Positions 16,660 to 25,357 of a stretch of 32,000 bases of DNA are shown piece after piece; position 1 is the stretch's first letter; every line of letters begins with the position of its first letter. The notes under the pieces were generated by a model that was not told where the DNA came from, made no database searches, and worked only from the letters and a program-made list of their open reading frames with translations. The stretch is from assembly GCA_021650915.1 (NCBI GenBank), contig CP091279.1:1860001-1892000 (forward strand), written 5' to 3'. The DNA comes from Candidatus Brocadia sp. GTDB taxonomy: Bacteria > Planctomycetota > Brocadiia > Brocadiales > Brocadiaceae. The position numbers and the translations under genes are program-made.

Positions 16660-16682
16660 AACCACCCGCATAGCGGGTGGTT
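16660..16682. promoter_or_regulatory. Perfect GC-rich hairpin (10-bp stem, 3-nt loop) in the sulfotransferase-hydrolase spacer
   Basis: aaccacccgc-ata-gcgggtggtt. It has no flanking U-tract on the coding (minus) strand. It ends 18 nt upstream of the ATG at 16642. Confidence 0.5.
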
Positions 16683-16771
16683 TAGCTCAGGAATTAGTTC
16701 GTATTTATAATAATCTGATTTGAAATACTCCTTTAAAACCATACTACATACAATTGATTTGACGCAATCCT

Positions 16772-17803
16772 TCATTTCTCTCTTAGTACATTATTAGCCT
16801 CAATTTTTTTATGAGGTGCCCAAATTCTCCGTGTAAATTTCAATAAAGTACTCCGAAGAATTAAATTTACCCAACTATGAAGTAGCGCTAAATAACGACG
16901 ATACCTAGGTGGGGGTGGCATGAAATCAAATTCCAGATCATACCCATATGTCATCAGCGTGTTCCACATATACAATTCTAACGCTTTCCGCTGATCCTGT
17001 TTTAAAGTCTTCTTATATCCACCAACTGAATCAGAAAAAATTGGCTTTGCCACATTACCGTGATGCTTTATATTAGAGGCCGTTTGTGCATCTGAACTAG
17101 CATAATATTGCAACATCGATTCTTCATAATTTATTTTTAAATAATTACAAATTGTTAAGAGAGTCTTTTTTGGATCAGAGACTAAATCTTCATATCGAAC
17201 GGTCATAACCCTATCAGGTCCAAAATACCTTTCTGCAAGCATTCCATTTAATACACACTCATTCCATTCCAGAGAGATATCAGCAAGATTCGTTCCTCCC
17301 AATTTCGCCCTTAGCGCTGAAACTGCCACATCACGCCCATCACGTACTATATTTATGAACTTAGATATAGGGAATAGTTTTCCAAGGAATATGATAGAAT
17401 TCACATAGAGCGGAGTTTTGTCGCCCCATATCTCAACGGTGCTTTTCGTGTTAAAATAGGCATTAATATTCATAACTATATCTTGAAATGTCCGTTTCTT
17501 TAATCTTTTTATTATCACTTCAGCAGATGGTAATTTTTCCCATCCATGCACTCTTCGCTTTAAATATTTGTTTATTTCATGTAACAATGTAAATAAATTG
17601 CTATCTATTGAAAGATCACCGAATGCATTCAATTGTGCACCAAAGATTGGTATATATCCTGTTTCTCCCCCTATGTATATCTTAGAATGTGCGTTTAAAA
17701 TAAGACGTAAAAGCGACGTACCTGAGCGATAGCACCCCACAACAAAAAGAGGTGCATTACAATCAAGTGCATTTACCCTATTATCAGATTCCATGGTTTC
17801 CAT
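16772..17803 (-). CDS. Sulfotransferase (Sulfotransfer_3/Stf0-like), paralogue A
   Basis: 343 aa. 5'-PSB loop 'VVGCYRSGTSLLRLIL'; 3'-PB 'NIVRDGRDVAVS'. Confidence 0.8.
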   Translation of the reverse strand: METMESDNRVNALDCNAPLFVVGCYRSGTSLLRLILNAHSKIYIGGETGYIPIFGAQLNAFGDLSIDSNLFTLLHEINKYLKRRVHGWEKLPSAEVIIKRLKKRTFQDIVMNINAYFNTKSTVEIWGDKTPLYVNSIIFLGKLFPISKFINIVRDGRDVAVSALRAKLGGTNLADISLEWNECVLNGMLAERYFGPDRVMTVRYEDLVSDPKKTLLTICNYLKINYEESMLQYYASSDAQTASNIKHHGNVAKPIFSDSVGGYKKTLKQDQRKALELYMWNTLMTYGYDLEFDFMPPPPRYRRYLALLHSWVNLILRSTLLKFTRRIWAPHKKIEANNVLREK

Positions 17804-17897
17804 ATTCGACCAAATTTATCCATTTAAATAGTCTAGACTTGGCTATTCTTTCATTGCACCCACCTCATTGATGAGACGTTAATCTTTTTCATACATA

Positions 17898-18944
17898 TCA
17901 CTTAGCAACTCTTTTACGAAAGAACCAAGATCTACGTACCAATTTCTTTGGAGCACCCCGAAGCAATAACTTTACACAACTATGAAATAGCGATAAATAG
18001 CGATAATGTTTAGGTGGAGGCGGCAGGAAGTCAAACTCTAAATCGTACCCATATGTCTTCAGCGTGTTCCACATATACAACTCTAATGTTTTACGCTGAT
18101 CTTGTTTTAAAACTTTCTTATATCCACCAACTGAATCTGATGAAATTGGTTTTATAACATTACTATGATGTTTTACCTTGGAAAGTGCTTGTGCATCTGA
18201 AGTTGCATAATATTGGGTCATTGATTCTTCGTAATTAATGTTTAAAAAATCACAAATCATTAGTAAAACTGTTTTTGGATCAGAGGCTAAATCTTCGTAT
18301 CGAATGGTTTTAACCCTTTTGGGTCCGAAATACTTCTCTGCAAGCATCCCATTTAATATACACTCATTCCATTCCAGAGAGATATCAGTAAGATTCGTTC
18401 CACCCAATTTCGCCCTCAACGTTGAAACAGCTACGTCACGCCCGTCACGTACCATATTTATGAATTTAGACCTAGGGAATAGCTTTCCAATGAACAGTAT
18501 GGAATTCACATAGAGCGGGGTTTTATCGCCCCATATTTCAATGGTACTTTTCGTATTAAAATATGTATTAACATGCATAACTATGTCTTGAAATGTCCGT
18601 TTCTTTAACCTTTTTACTACTTCTTCGATGACCGGTAGTCTTTTCCACCCATATACAATTCGTTCTAACTGTTTATTTATATCCTGTATCAAAGTAAATA
18701 AATTGTTATCTTCTGAAAGATCACCATACTTATGTAAGTTTGCACCAATGATTGGTATATATCTCGTTTCTTCCGGAATACATATTTTAGAGTGTGTGTT
18801 TAAAATGAGGCGCATAAGCGTAGTACCAGAGCGAGAGCACCCGACAATAAACAGGGGCGCATCCCTGTCAAGCGTATTTATCATAGCACTGTATCTTTCA
18901 TGTTCGAATAAACCTATCCAAGTAAATGGTCCAGACTTGACCAT
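17898..18944 (-). CDS. Sulfotransferase (Sulfotransfer_3/Stf0-like), paralogue B
   Basis: 348 aa. 'IVGCSRSGTTLMRLIL' and 'NMVRDGRDVAVS'. Collinear with paralogue A and identical at most positions by eye. The alternative ATG at 18884 ('MINTLDRDAPLF') would remove the overlap with the upstream gene. Confidence 0.8.
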   Translation of the reverse strand: MVKSGPFTWIGLFEHERYSAMINTLDRDAPLFIVGCSRSGTTLMRLILNTHSKICIPEETRYIPIIGANLHKYGDLSEDNNLFTLIQDINKQLERIVYGWKRLPVIEEVVKRLKKRTFQDIVMHVNTYFNTKSTIEIWGDKTPLYVNSILFIGKLFPRSKFINMVRDGRDVAVSTLRAKLGGTNLTDISLEWNECILNGMLAEKYFGPKRVKTIRYEDLASDPKTVLLMICDFLNINYEESMTQYYATSDAQALSKVKHHSNVIKPISSDSVGGYKKVLKQDQRKTLELYMWNTLKTYGYDLEFDFLPPPPKHYRYLSLFHSCVKLLLRGAPKKLVRRSWFFRKRVAK

Positions 18945-19885
18945 TCGTTCGTTACGATTCTTTTAAAGTAAAAACTGTCTTGCTTCACATGATTGTATCC
19001 GCGAATATTCAGTAAACAGGATTGAAATCCTGTTTTTTTAAAATGGTCGATCAATCCATACGCACAATCGTTATGACCACCAAAAGGAAATGCAAAATGG
19101 ACACAGGGTTTCCCAATCTGGTTTTCAATAATCGATTTACTCCGGTCTATTTCTTGCTTCGCTTCTTCAAGAGGCAATCTTGACAAAGAGCGATGAGTGA
19201 CACCGTGAGCGCCGATTTCCATACCGCACACACTCATTCGCTTTGCCTGTTCCCAAGAAATACCACAATCTTGTCTGATATCTGTTAATTTATTTGTTGA
19301 ATGCTTTCTCAAAAACCCTGTGACTTCCTGTATTTTATCAACGGTTATTGATTTCATACTATCAATGACACGTACGGCAAAAGATAATCTCGGTTCATGC
19401 ATTCTTTGTTCAAGTAATTTATTCTCTATTTCAATGCTATGAGTATCGGTACAGTCCCTCATCACTAGGGTGAAAACTTCCCAATCCCACACAGGTTCAT
19501 TCTTGCCAACATAATCTGTAGTCAGAAAAAATGTGGCGGGCAATCCCCTTTCTCTTAAAATGGGAAACGCCACCTCATAATTATCCCAATATCCATCATC
19601 AAATGTTAGTACAACTTGAACCTTTGCTTTTGCCTGTCCTGTGTGACATTGGTTTATTGCATCGGTTAATGAAATTATCGGATACCTTTTCCTTAATATA
19701 TCGATCTGTCTAATAAACGTTTTTTCGGTTATCACGGTATTCCTAGAATTAAATCGTACTTCTGGCAGCACACGATGATATAACAAAATTAAAAGTTTGT
19801 TTTTTTGATCAGTAAGTTTATTTTTCCAGTGGTTTACTCTATAAATAAGATTTTTTGCTGTAGTTTTTATCAAAATACTTTCCAC
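18914..19885 (-). CDS. Polysaccharide deacetylase (NodB homology domain)
   Basis: 323 aa, GTG start. 'VVLTFDDGYWDNYEVAFPILRERGLPATFFL', 'MEIGAHGVTHRSL', 'HFAFPFGG'. Confidence 0.85.
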   Translation of the reverse strand: MESILIKTTAKNLIYRVNHWKNKLTDQKNKLLILLYHRVLPEVRFNSRNTVITEKTFIRQIDILRKRYPIISLTDAINQCHTGQAKAKVQVVLTFDDGYWDNYEVAFPILRERGLPATFFLTTDYVGKNEPVWDWEVFTLVMRDCTDTHSIEIENKLLEQRMHEPRLSFAVRVIDSMKSITVDKIQEVTGFLRKHSTNKLTDIRQDCGISWEQAKRMSVCGMEIGAHGVTHRSLSRLPLEEAKQEIDRSKSIIENQIGKPCVHFAFPFGGHNDCAYGLIDHFKKTGFQSCLLNIRGYNHVKQDSFYFKRIVTNEWSSLDHLLG

Positions 19886-19918
19886 GATAAAAAATTTTTT
19901 ACAGAATTAGTTTAACGA

Positions 19919-21478
19919 TTATCCCTCAGTAGTACCATAACTTACCCTTTTCCTAATCAGATTTAACATAATATAATCTTCTTCATCTAAACCTAACAAT
20001 CTGAATACAACAAAATAGAGACAAAGGCATCCTAATGTTATACCAGCGATGAAAGGGATACCACAATGAGGAAAGATAAAATGCTTTGCGGATATTACTG
20101 AACCGATCAAAACTAAACCCGATAAGAAGTGTTTGACATACGAGGCATTGTATGGATGTATTTTCAGAATCGTATATACTTCAAATATCCTGATCAAGTT
20201 TATTAATGTAACAGATATGGTAGTTGCTATAGCTGCGCCGACAATGCCGTATTTTGGGATTAAAAATAGATTCAGAATTATATTGAGCACAAATGTGCCT
20301 AATTCATTATATAGATTTACCAGGGGTTTCCCAATCATAGTGATTATTAAGCCACACGGGCCTGTCAATACATCGATAATACGAGCAAAACTCAAAATTA
20401 TCAAGCAGTTTATGCCGGCCAAATATCCCTCTCCAAAAATATTCAGGGCATAATCAGGTAGCAAGATTAACAATAAGTAATATGGAAAAGTCAAAACAAA
20501 CGCCCACTTGGTCACTACTGCATAATACCTCTTTAAAGAATCAAGATCTTTTTTATAATAAGAAGATGAAATAATTGGAGCAAATATAGTCCCAAAAGAA
20601 TAGAAAATAAGAGTCCCCAAAAGGATAAGACGACAAACAATATTGTAAACACCAACATCTTTTGAGGTCATAAAATACCCTATCATAAATGTATCTGTCC
20701 ATACACAAAAAAAGATCACCAACTGAGAAAAAAGCCGGGTTGCTGAAAATTTTGCTAATTCACTAAAATTGTAAATTGCTGTTATCTTTTTATCGAATAT
20801 AGCAAATTTTTTTCTAAAAAAATACAGCGCAAAGAAGGCGCCTAAAACAATTGACACTGTATACGATATTAAAGCACTTTTGAATTGCATGCCCAAGGAA
20901 AGCAAGATTAAAAAAATGACAACCTGAGTAATAGGTATTATTAACCTTTTTACATATACTTTATATTTCATTATTCTCAGAGCCTGAATTGAGGATAACA
21001 ATACTTCTGAAGCGGCCGCAAATGGGATTGCAAAAACCATAATTTTTGTAACTGAAGAGACCTCAGGTTTATGGAAGAATGAAACAGATATTGTATCTGA
21101 CATAGAATACAATACGATCGCACACAATATGCTTAAAGGAATAACTATTATCAACCCAGAAATAATAGCCCCCTTCGTTCTTTGAATATCTCTTTCCTGG
21201 TAAAAAATAGACACATACCGTAAAATACCATAGCCAAAACCACAAACTGACATGTCTGTGACAAAACGATTTATACACATCCCCAAAAAGAATAAGCCTA
21301 CATAGTCTGCCGAAAGCCATCTGGCGAGGATAAGGTTGAAAACAAAGGCAAAAATAGTTCCTATTATCTCGCCAAAACAATTTATCCCTGCGCCTTTGGC
21401 AATAGTCTTAATATCTTTTTGATAGAGTGTTTTTTCCCCTTCTTCCGTAATAGCACTATTTTCCATATTTATTCCCAA
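19919..21478 (-). CDS. wzx: Wzx-type (MOP superfamily) polysaccharide flippase
   Basis: 519 aa with about 12-14 hydrophobic spans. The 'polysaccharide biosynthesis protein' layout is typical. The track start 21478 is TTG; the ATG at 21466 ('MENSAITEEG') is the more likely start. Confidence 0.85.
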   Translation of the reverse strand: MGINMENSAITEEGEKTLYQKDIKTIAKGAGINCFGEIIGTIFAFVFNLILARWLSADYVGLFFLGMCINRFVTDMSVCGFGYGILRYVSIFYQERDIQRTKGAIISGLIIVIPLSILCAIVLYSMSDTISVSFFHKPEVSSVTKIMVFAIPFAAASEVLLSSIQALRIMKYKVYVKRLIIPITQVVIFLILLSLGMQFKSALISYTVSIVLGAFFALYFFRKKFAIFDKKITAIYNFSELAKFSATRLFSQLVIFFCVWTDTFMIGYFMTSKDVGVYNIVCRLILLGTLIFYSFGTIFAPIISSSYYKKDLDSLKRYYAVVTKWAFVLTFPYYLLLILLPDYALNIFGEGYLAGINCLIILSFARIIDVLTGPCGLIITMIGKPLVNLYNELGTFVLNIILNLFLIPKYGIVGAAIATTISVTLINLIRIFEVYTILKIHPYNASYVKHFLSGLVLIGSVISAKHFIFPHCGIPFIAGITLGCLCLYFVVFRLLGLDEEDYIMLNLIRKRVSYGTTEG

Positions 21479-21560
21479 CGAAAATTATTTTAATATTATT
21501 CTTTTAAAGCGCATAACACTTTTTAATGTATTCGTTAATCGAATACATTAAATATTTCTG

Positions 21561-22580
21561 TTAAGCGTTCTGGAAAAAAGATTCGAATGTCTTTCTTAAC
21601 CCGGTCATCAAATCATATCGTGGTTCAAAACCCAGTATTTTCCTGGCCTTTGAGATATCAGAGAAATTCCTTTTAACATCGCCAGGCCTGTGGTTACCAA
21701 ATACGATGTTTACTTTTTTGCCCGTTTTCCTTTCAACGAGTTCTTTTACAACTCTGGCTATCTCATTGACAGTCGTTTCTTTGTATGTGGCGATTTGAAA
21801 CACTTCTCCTCCTGTTTCAGCCATAGATGCCAGCATAATTGCCATCACAAGATCATCAATATATATAAAGTCTCGAGTTTGTTTGCCATCCCCATATATC
21901 TCAAGGGTTTCGCCTTTCAATGCCTGTTTGATGAATTTTGCCACTACACTATTTTTATGTTTCGACAAAGGGCCGTAAACATTTCCAAAACGCAAAGAAA
22001 TTGTCTTTATGCCAAAAGTCCTATAGTAGACAGAACAATAACCTTCACCCGCAAGCTTGCTTGCCCCATACGGGGAGACTGGCCTTGGTGCCTTTTCTTC
22101 ATGGATTGGAGGGTCCACCTCTCCGACCGGCGCTCCTGATGATGCAAAAATAAATTTTCCAACACTGTTTTGTCTGGCTGCCTCGAGCATGTTGAACGTG
22201 CCAATAACGTTGGCTTCCATATCACGTCTTGGATTCTCTACTGAAGTCCCTACGCCAGTATTTGCAGCAAGGTGAACAATACAATCTATATCTCTACAAC
22301 ACATCGAGCAAGTATTATAATCCTTAACATCTCCAATAATAAGCTCTACTTCAGGATAGTCGGATGGGTCCACGATATTGGATGAGTGTTGAGAATTAAA
22401 ACGAGATGTGCTTAACTCTACAAAGTTACAAACTTCTGCTAAATCGTCTTTGGTTCCAACGGAGAGGTTATCGAGCACCCTTATCTTAGCCTTTGGATTC
22501 TCTCCACGGAGACGGGCAATGAGACTTGTACCGATGAAGCCACAACCACCGGTAATCAAGTAATGGTTAGCAATATTCAT
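21561..22580 (-). CDS. NAD-dependent nucleotide-sugar epimerase/dehydratase (extended SDR, GalE-like)
   Basis: 339 aa. 'LITGGCGFIGTSL' (Rossmann fold), 'SPYGASKLAGE' (YxxxK), 'RFGNVYGP'. Confidence 0.85.
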   Translation of the reverse strand: MNIANHYLITGGCGFIGTSLIARLRGENPKAKIRVLDNLSVGTKDDLAEVCNFVELSTSRFNSQHSSNIVDPSDYPEVELIIGDVKDYNTCSMCCRDIDCIVHLAANTGVGTSVENPRRDMEANVIGTFNMLEAARQNSVGKFIFASSGAPVGEVDPPIHEEKAPRPVSPYGASKLAGEGYCSVYYRTFGIKTISLRFGNVYGPLSKHKNSVVAKFIKQALKGETLEIYGDGKQTRDFIYIDDLVMAIMLASMAETGGEVFQIATYKETTVNEIARVVKELVERKTGKKVNIVFGNHRPGDVKRNFSDISKARKILGFEPRYDLMTGLRKTFESFFQNA

Positions 22581-22780
22581 AATGCTGTCGTTTCGAGGTC
22601 ATACACAAACGGATTTGGAATAAATCAAGATAAATGCTGCCTTATGTTCTGCGGTAATAAATTCCGGTTTGTTATCGACAGAAACTTCCAGAATCTTCTT
22701 CGAAAGCCTTATCTTTGTCTCCCAATTCCTGCTGTTAAAAAAACAAATAAACAACTTTACCGACTCCACGAAAATTACTG

Positions 22781-23953
22781 CTAAGCAGTTCCACTCAATG
22801 TTTCAGCACTCCATTTTATACCCCGAAAAATCGCGTCTCTGTTTATTTGATCTTTATATTGCTCAACTTTTCTAAATATACCCGTAAGCTCATCATCAGT
22901 AAGATAATTAGGTTTTAATCCGAGTTCCAGAAGTCCAGTATATTTTGGATTATAATAATGTTCTTCTTTCTCTTTCCTCGGGTTTTCTATATGATTAATA
23001 TTAACATTATATCCAAGTTTATTCCCTACTGCACAAACCTTATCGGCCAGTTCATTAACGCTAAAAGTCTCCGTTACCTGATTGAATATCCTTAGTTCTC
23101 CATTTTTAACAGGCTGTGTTGCAGAAAGGTAAACACACTGCATGGTATCTTTCAGATTCAAATATCCCCTTATCTGTCCGCCTTTGCCATAAACAGTAAG
23201 AGGATAGTTGGCTACGGCCTGCACAACAAAACGATTGAGAACGGTCCCAAATACTTCATCGTAGTGAAAATTGGGCACCAATTGAGAATCACGGTCTGCT
23301 TCATCAGTAGAAATACCATAAACAGGCCCCTGCATAAGATCGGTTACTCTGATACCCCATGTCCTTACATAAAACCAAAGCATATCAGTATCCTGTATTT
23401 TTGTTGTATGATAAAGAGAACTTGCCTGCCTAGGGAAAAGGAATTTATCTTTTTTCCCCTTATGGTTTATTTCTAACCATCCCTCTTCGATATCAATGTT
23501 AGGTGTACCATATTCACCCATTGTGCCTAGTTTTATTATATGGCAATCCCTATTAGCCTCTTTAACTGCGTACACGATATTTAAGGTGCTTATAAGGTTA
23601 TTCTGGAGGGTAAAAGCTGCCTTTTCCTGATTTATCATTGAATAAGGGGCAGAAGGCTGTTCTGCATAATGAACAACTGTATCAGGTTTATATTCTTTGA
23701 ATATTTTAAGAAGAAATGCGTAATTAGTTGCATCTCCTACATGAATATTGATTCTTTTCCCCGTGATTTTCTCCCAAATCTTCGCTCTTTGAATCAGATT
23801 TGGAGTTGGCAATAGTGGCTCACAGTCAAGCGCAATTGCAGCATTACGCCTAAAGTAATTATCAATCCCTACGACATCGTGCCCTCTCTGAGAAAAATAC
23901 ATGCAAGTAGGCCAGCCGAGATATCCGTCCGCACCCAAGATTAAAATTCTCAT
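22781..23953 (-). CDS. sqdB: UDP-sulfoquinovose synthase (SQD1/SqdB/Agl3 family)
   Basis: 390 aa, collinear by eye with plant SQD1 over its whole length. Matching blocks: 'GADGYLGWP', 'VVHYAEQPSAPYSM', 'IIKLGTMGEYGTPNIDIEEG', 'PRQASSLYHTTK' (SQD1: SFYHLSK), 'YDEVFGTVLNRFVVQA', 'PLTVYGKGGQIRGYL', 'FNQVTETFSVNELA', 'NPRKEKEEHYYN'. Confidence 0.85.
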   Translation of the reverse strand: MRILILGADGYLGWPTCMYFSQRGHDVVGIDNYFRRNAAIALDCEPLLPTPNLIQRAKIWEKITGKRINIHVGDATNYAFLLKIFKEYKPDTVVHYAEQPSAPYSMINQEKAAFTLQNNLISTLNIVYAVKEANRDCHIIKLGTMGEYGTPNIDIEEGWLEINHKGKKDKFLFPRQASSLYHTTKIQDTDMLWFYVRTWGIRVTDLMQGPVYGISTDEADRDSQLVPNFHYDEVFGTVLNRFVVQAVANYPLTVYGKGGQIRGYLNLKDTMQCVYLSATQPVKNGELRIFNQVTETFSVNELADKVCAVGNKLGYNVNINHIENPRKEKEEHYYNPKYTGLLELGLKPNYLTDDELTGIFRKVEQYKDQINRDAIFRGIKWSAETLSGTA

Positions 23954-25098
23954 ATAGCACTCTCGAAAAAATCTGCCTCTGATTTTTCTACACTTTTACT
24001 GGCCAGCAAATAATTCTTGCCAGCTTCCTTGCTCTCTGGTTTTTCATTTCTATGAAAACCTTCTTCTATTTGCCCGAAAATCTTATTATCCATTAAATAT
24101 TTTTTAATAGCATTCTTGCTCAAGGGTTCTTCTGTTGTCGACACATAAGATTTTTGCAACCTGTCGGAAATAATATCAGGATATTCATATTTTATTGCTT
24201 CATATATGGACTTAAATGCTGGGGTAATTACAAACATATCCTTTAATTCTAAGGAACGATGTACCTCTTCTTCACTCATAAGTTCCTCATATAATTTTTC
24301 TCCTGGTTTGGCGCCAATTTTTTCGATCTTTATGTCGGAAGGTCTATAACCATACCGCGGAGCAAGAAACTCAATCATAACCTCAGCGAGATCCGGAATT
24401 CTGACTATAGGCATCTTTGTTACGAAAACCTCACCACCCTTTGAAATGGTAACAGACTTTAAAACCAATCTCGCAGACTCTTCTATCGTCATGACAAAAC
24501 GGGTCATTCTCATGTCTGTAACAGTAACAGGACCGCCATTCCTGATTTGTTTCATAAACACCGGGACTACAGAACCTCTCGAGCCTATGACATTGCCAAA
24601 CCTTGTGCTGCTGAAGATAGTTTGAGTATTGCTTTTTACAGCATTTGCGGCTGTTACAAGCCTTTCACCCATAAGTTTTGATGTCCCCATTACGTTTGTG
24701 GGATTCACAGCCTTATCACTGCTTGTGAAAAGGACATTTTTTGCATTACATTTCCTCGCTGCACTAATCACATTTTCAACTCCTATGATATTCGTCCGCA
24801 CTACATCAAAGGGGTTATACTCAGAGAGAATAACATGTTTAAAGGCAGCACAATGAATAATAATATCTATATCAGATGAGAGTTTCTCTATTTTTTCTTT
24901 ATCTCTTACATCGCCAAGAAAACAAAAGACATTTTTGTTTTTGTACTCTTCCATCAGGAAAAACGTTTCAGATTCGTTATTATCCACAAGCCTGAGTTCG
25001 CCTGGTTTAAAAAAAAGGAGTTGTCTTACTATTTCCCTTCCAACAGTTCCAGCTGCACCGGTTATAAGGATTTTTTTATTATTGTAAAAGTCTTTCAT
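23950..25098 (-). CDS. CapD/PseB/FlaA1-like nucleotide-sugar 4,6-dehydratase (Polysacc_synt_2)
   Basis: 382 aa. 'KKILITGAAGTVGREI', 'HCAAFKHV', 'SSDKAVNPTNVMGTSKLMGE'. Its stop overlaps the sqdB start (ATGA at 23950-23953). Confidence 0.85.
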   Translation of the reverse strand: MKDFYNNKKILITGAAGTVGREIVRQLLFFKPGELRLVDNNESETFFLMEEYKNKNVFCFLGDVRDKEKIEKLSSDIDIIIHCAAFKHVILSEYNPFDVVRTNIIGVENVISAARKCNAKNVLFTSSDKAVNPTNVMGTSKLMGERLVTAANAVKSNTQTIFSSTRFGNVIGSRGSVVPVFMKQIRNGGPVTVTDMRMTRFVMTIEESARLVLKSVTISKGGEVFVTKMPIVRIPDLAEVMIEFLAPRYGYRPSDIKIEKIGAKPGEKLYEELMSEEEVHRSLELKDMFVITPAFKSIYEAIKYEYPDIISDRLQKSYVSTTEEPLSKNAIKKYLMDNKIFGQIEEGFHRNEKPESKEAGKNYLLASKSVEKSEADFFESAI

Positions 25099-25357
25099 AA
25101 ATGTCCTTACTGCAAATTAACTTTTAATAAGATAGCCATTGTACCGAATCAGTAAAATAAAGCCTCAACGGAAGAACTGCCACGATTGCTTTACGCTTCG
25201 ATACCAACAAAAATTCCCATCAATGACGTTACTACAACCTTGAAAGTTGTATGAAAAGTGCGAATTATAGTTAACGACTCAAACAAGCATTTTGCAATTA
25301 ACACAATAAATATCACCAAACCTAACGATTTTGTCTATGAACATTATTACCCTTAAT

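Noticed and set aside
21069-21380. 103-aa minus-strand ORF inside the flippase gene. Similar nested or antisense ORFs occur in the epimerase (21690-22275), kinase (25434-27316), beta-helix (5013-5453) and sulfotransferase genes.
   Set aside because: They are alternative frames or antisense readings of genes whose main frame has strong family motifs. No independent support.
22584-22780. A possible ~59-codon GTG-initiated minus-strand ORF ('VESVKLFICFFNSRNWETKIRLSKKILEVSVDNKPEFITAEHKAAFILIYSKSVCV') in the sqdB-epimerase spacer
   Set aside because: It falls below the track threshold. It has no convincing RBS and no recognisable family. It cannot be supported from sequence alone.
25264-25269. 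A perfect TATAAT on the minus strand in the kinase-dehydratase spacer, considered as an internal promoter
   Set aside because: No acceptable -35 element lies at 16-18 bp spacing. Isolated TATAAT hexamers are expected by chance in this composition.
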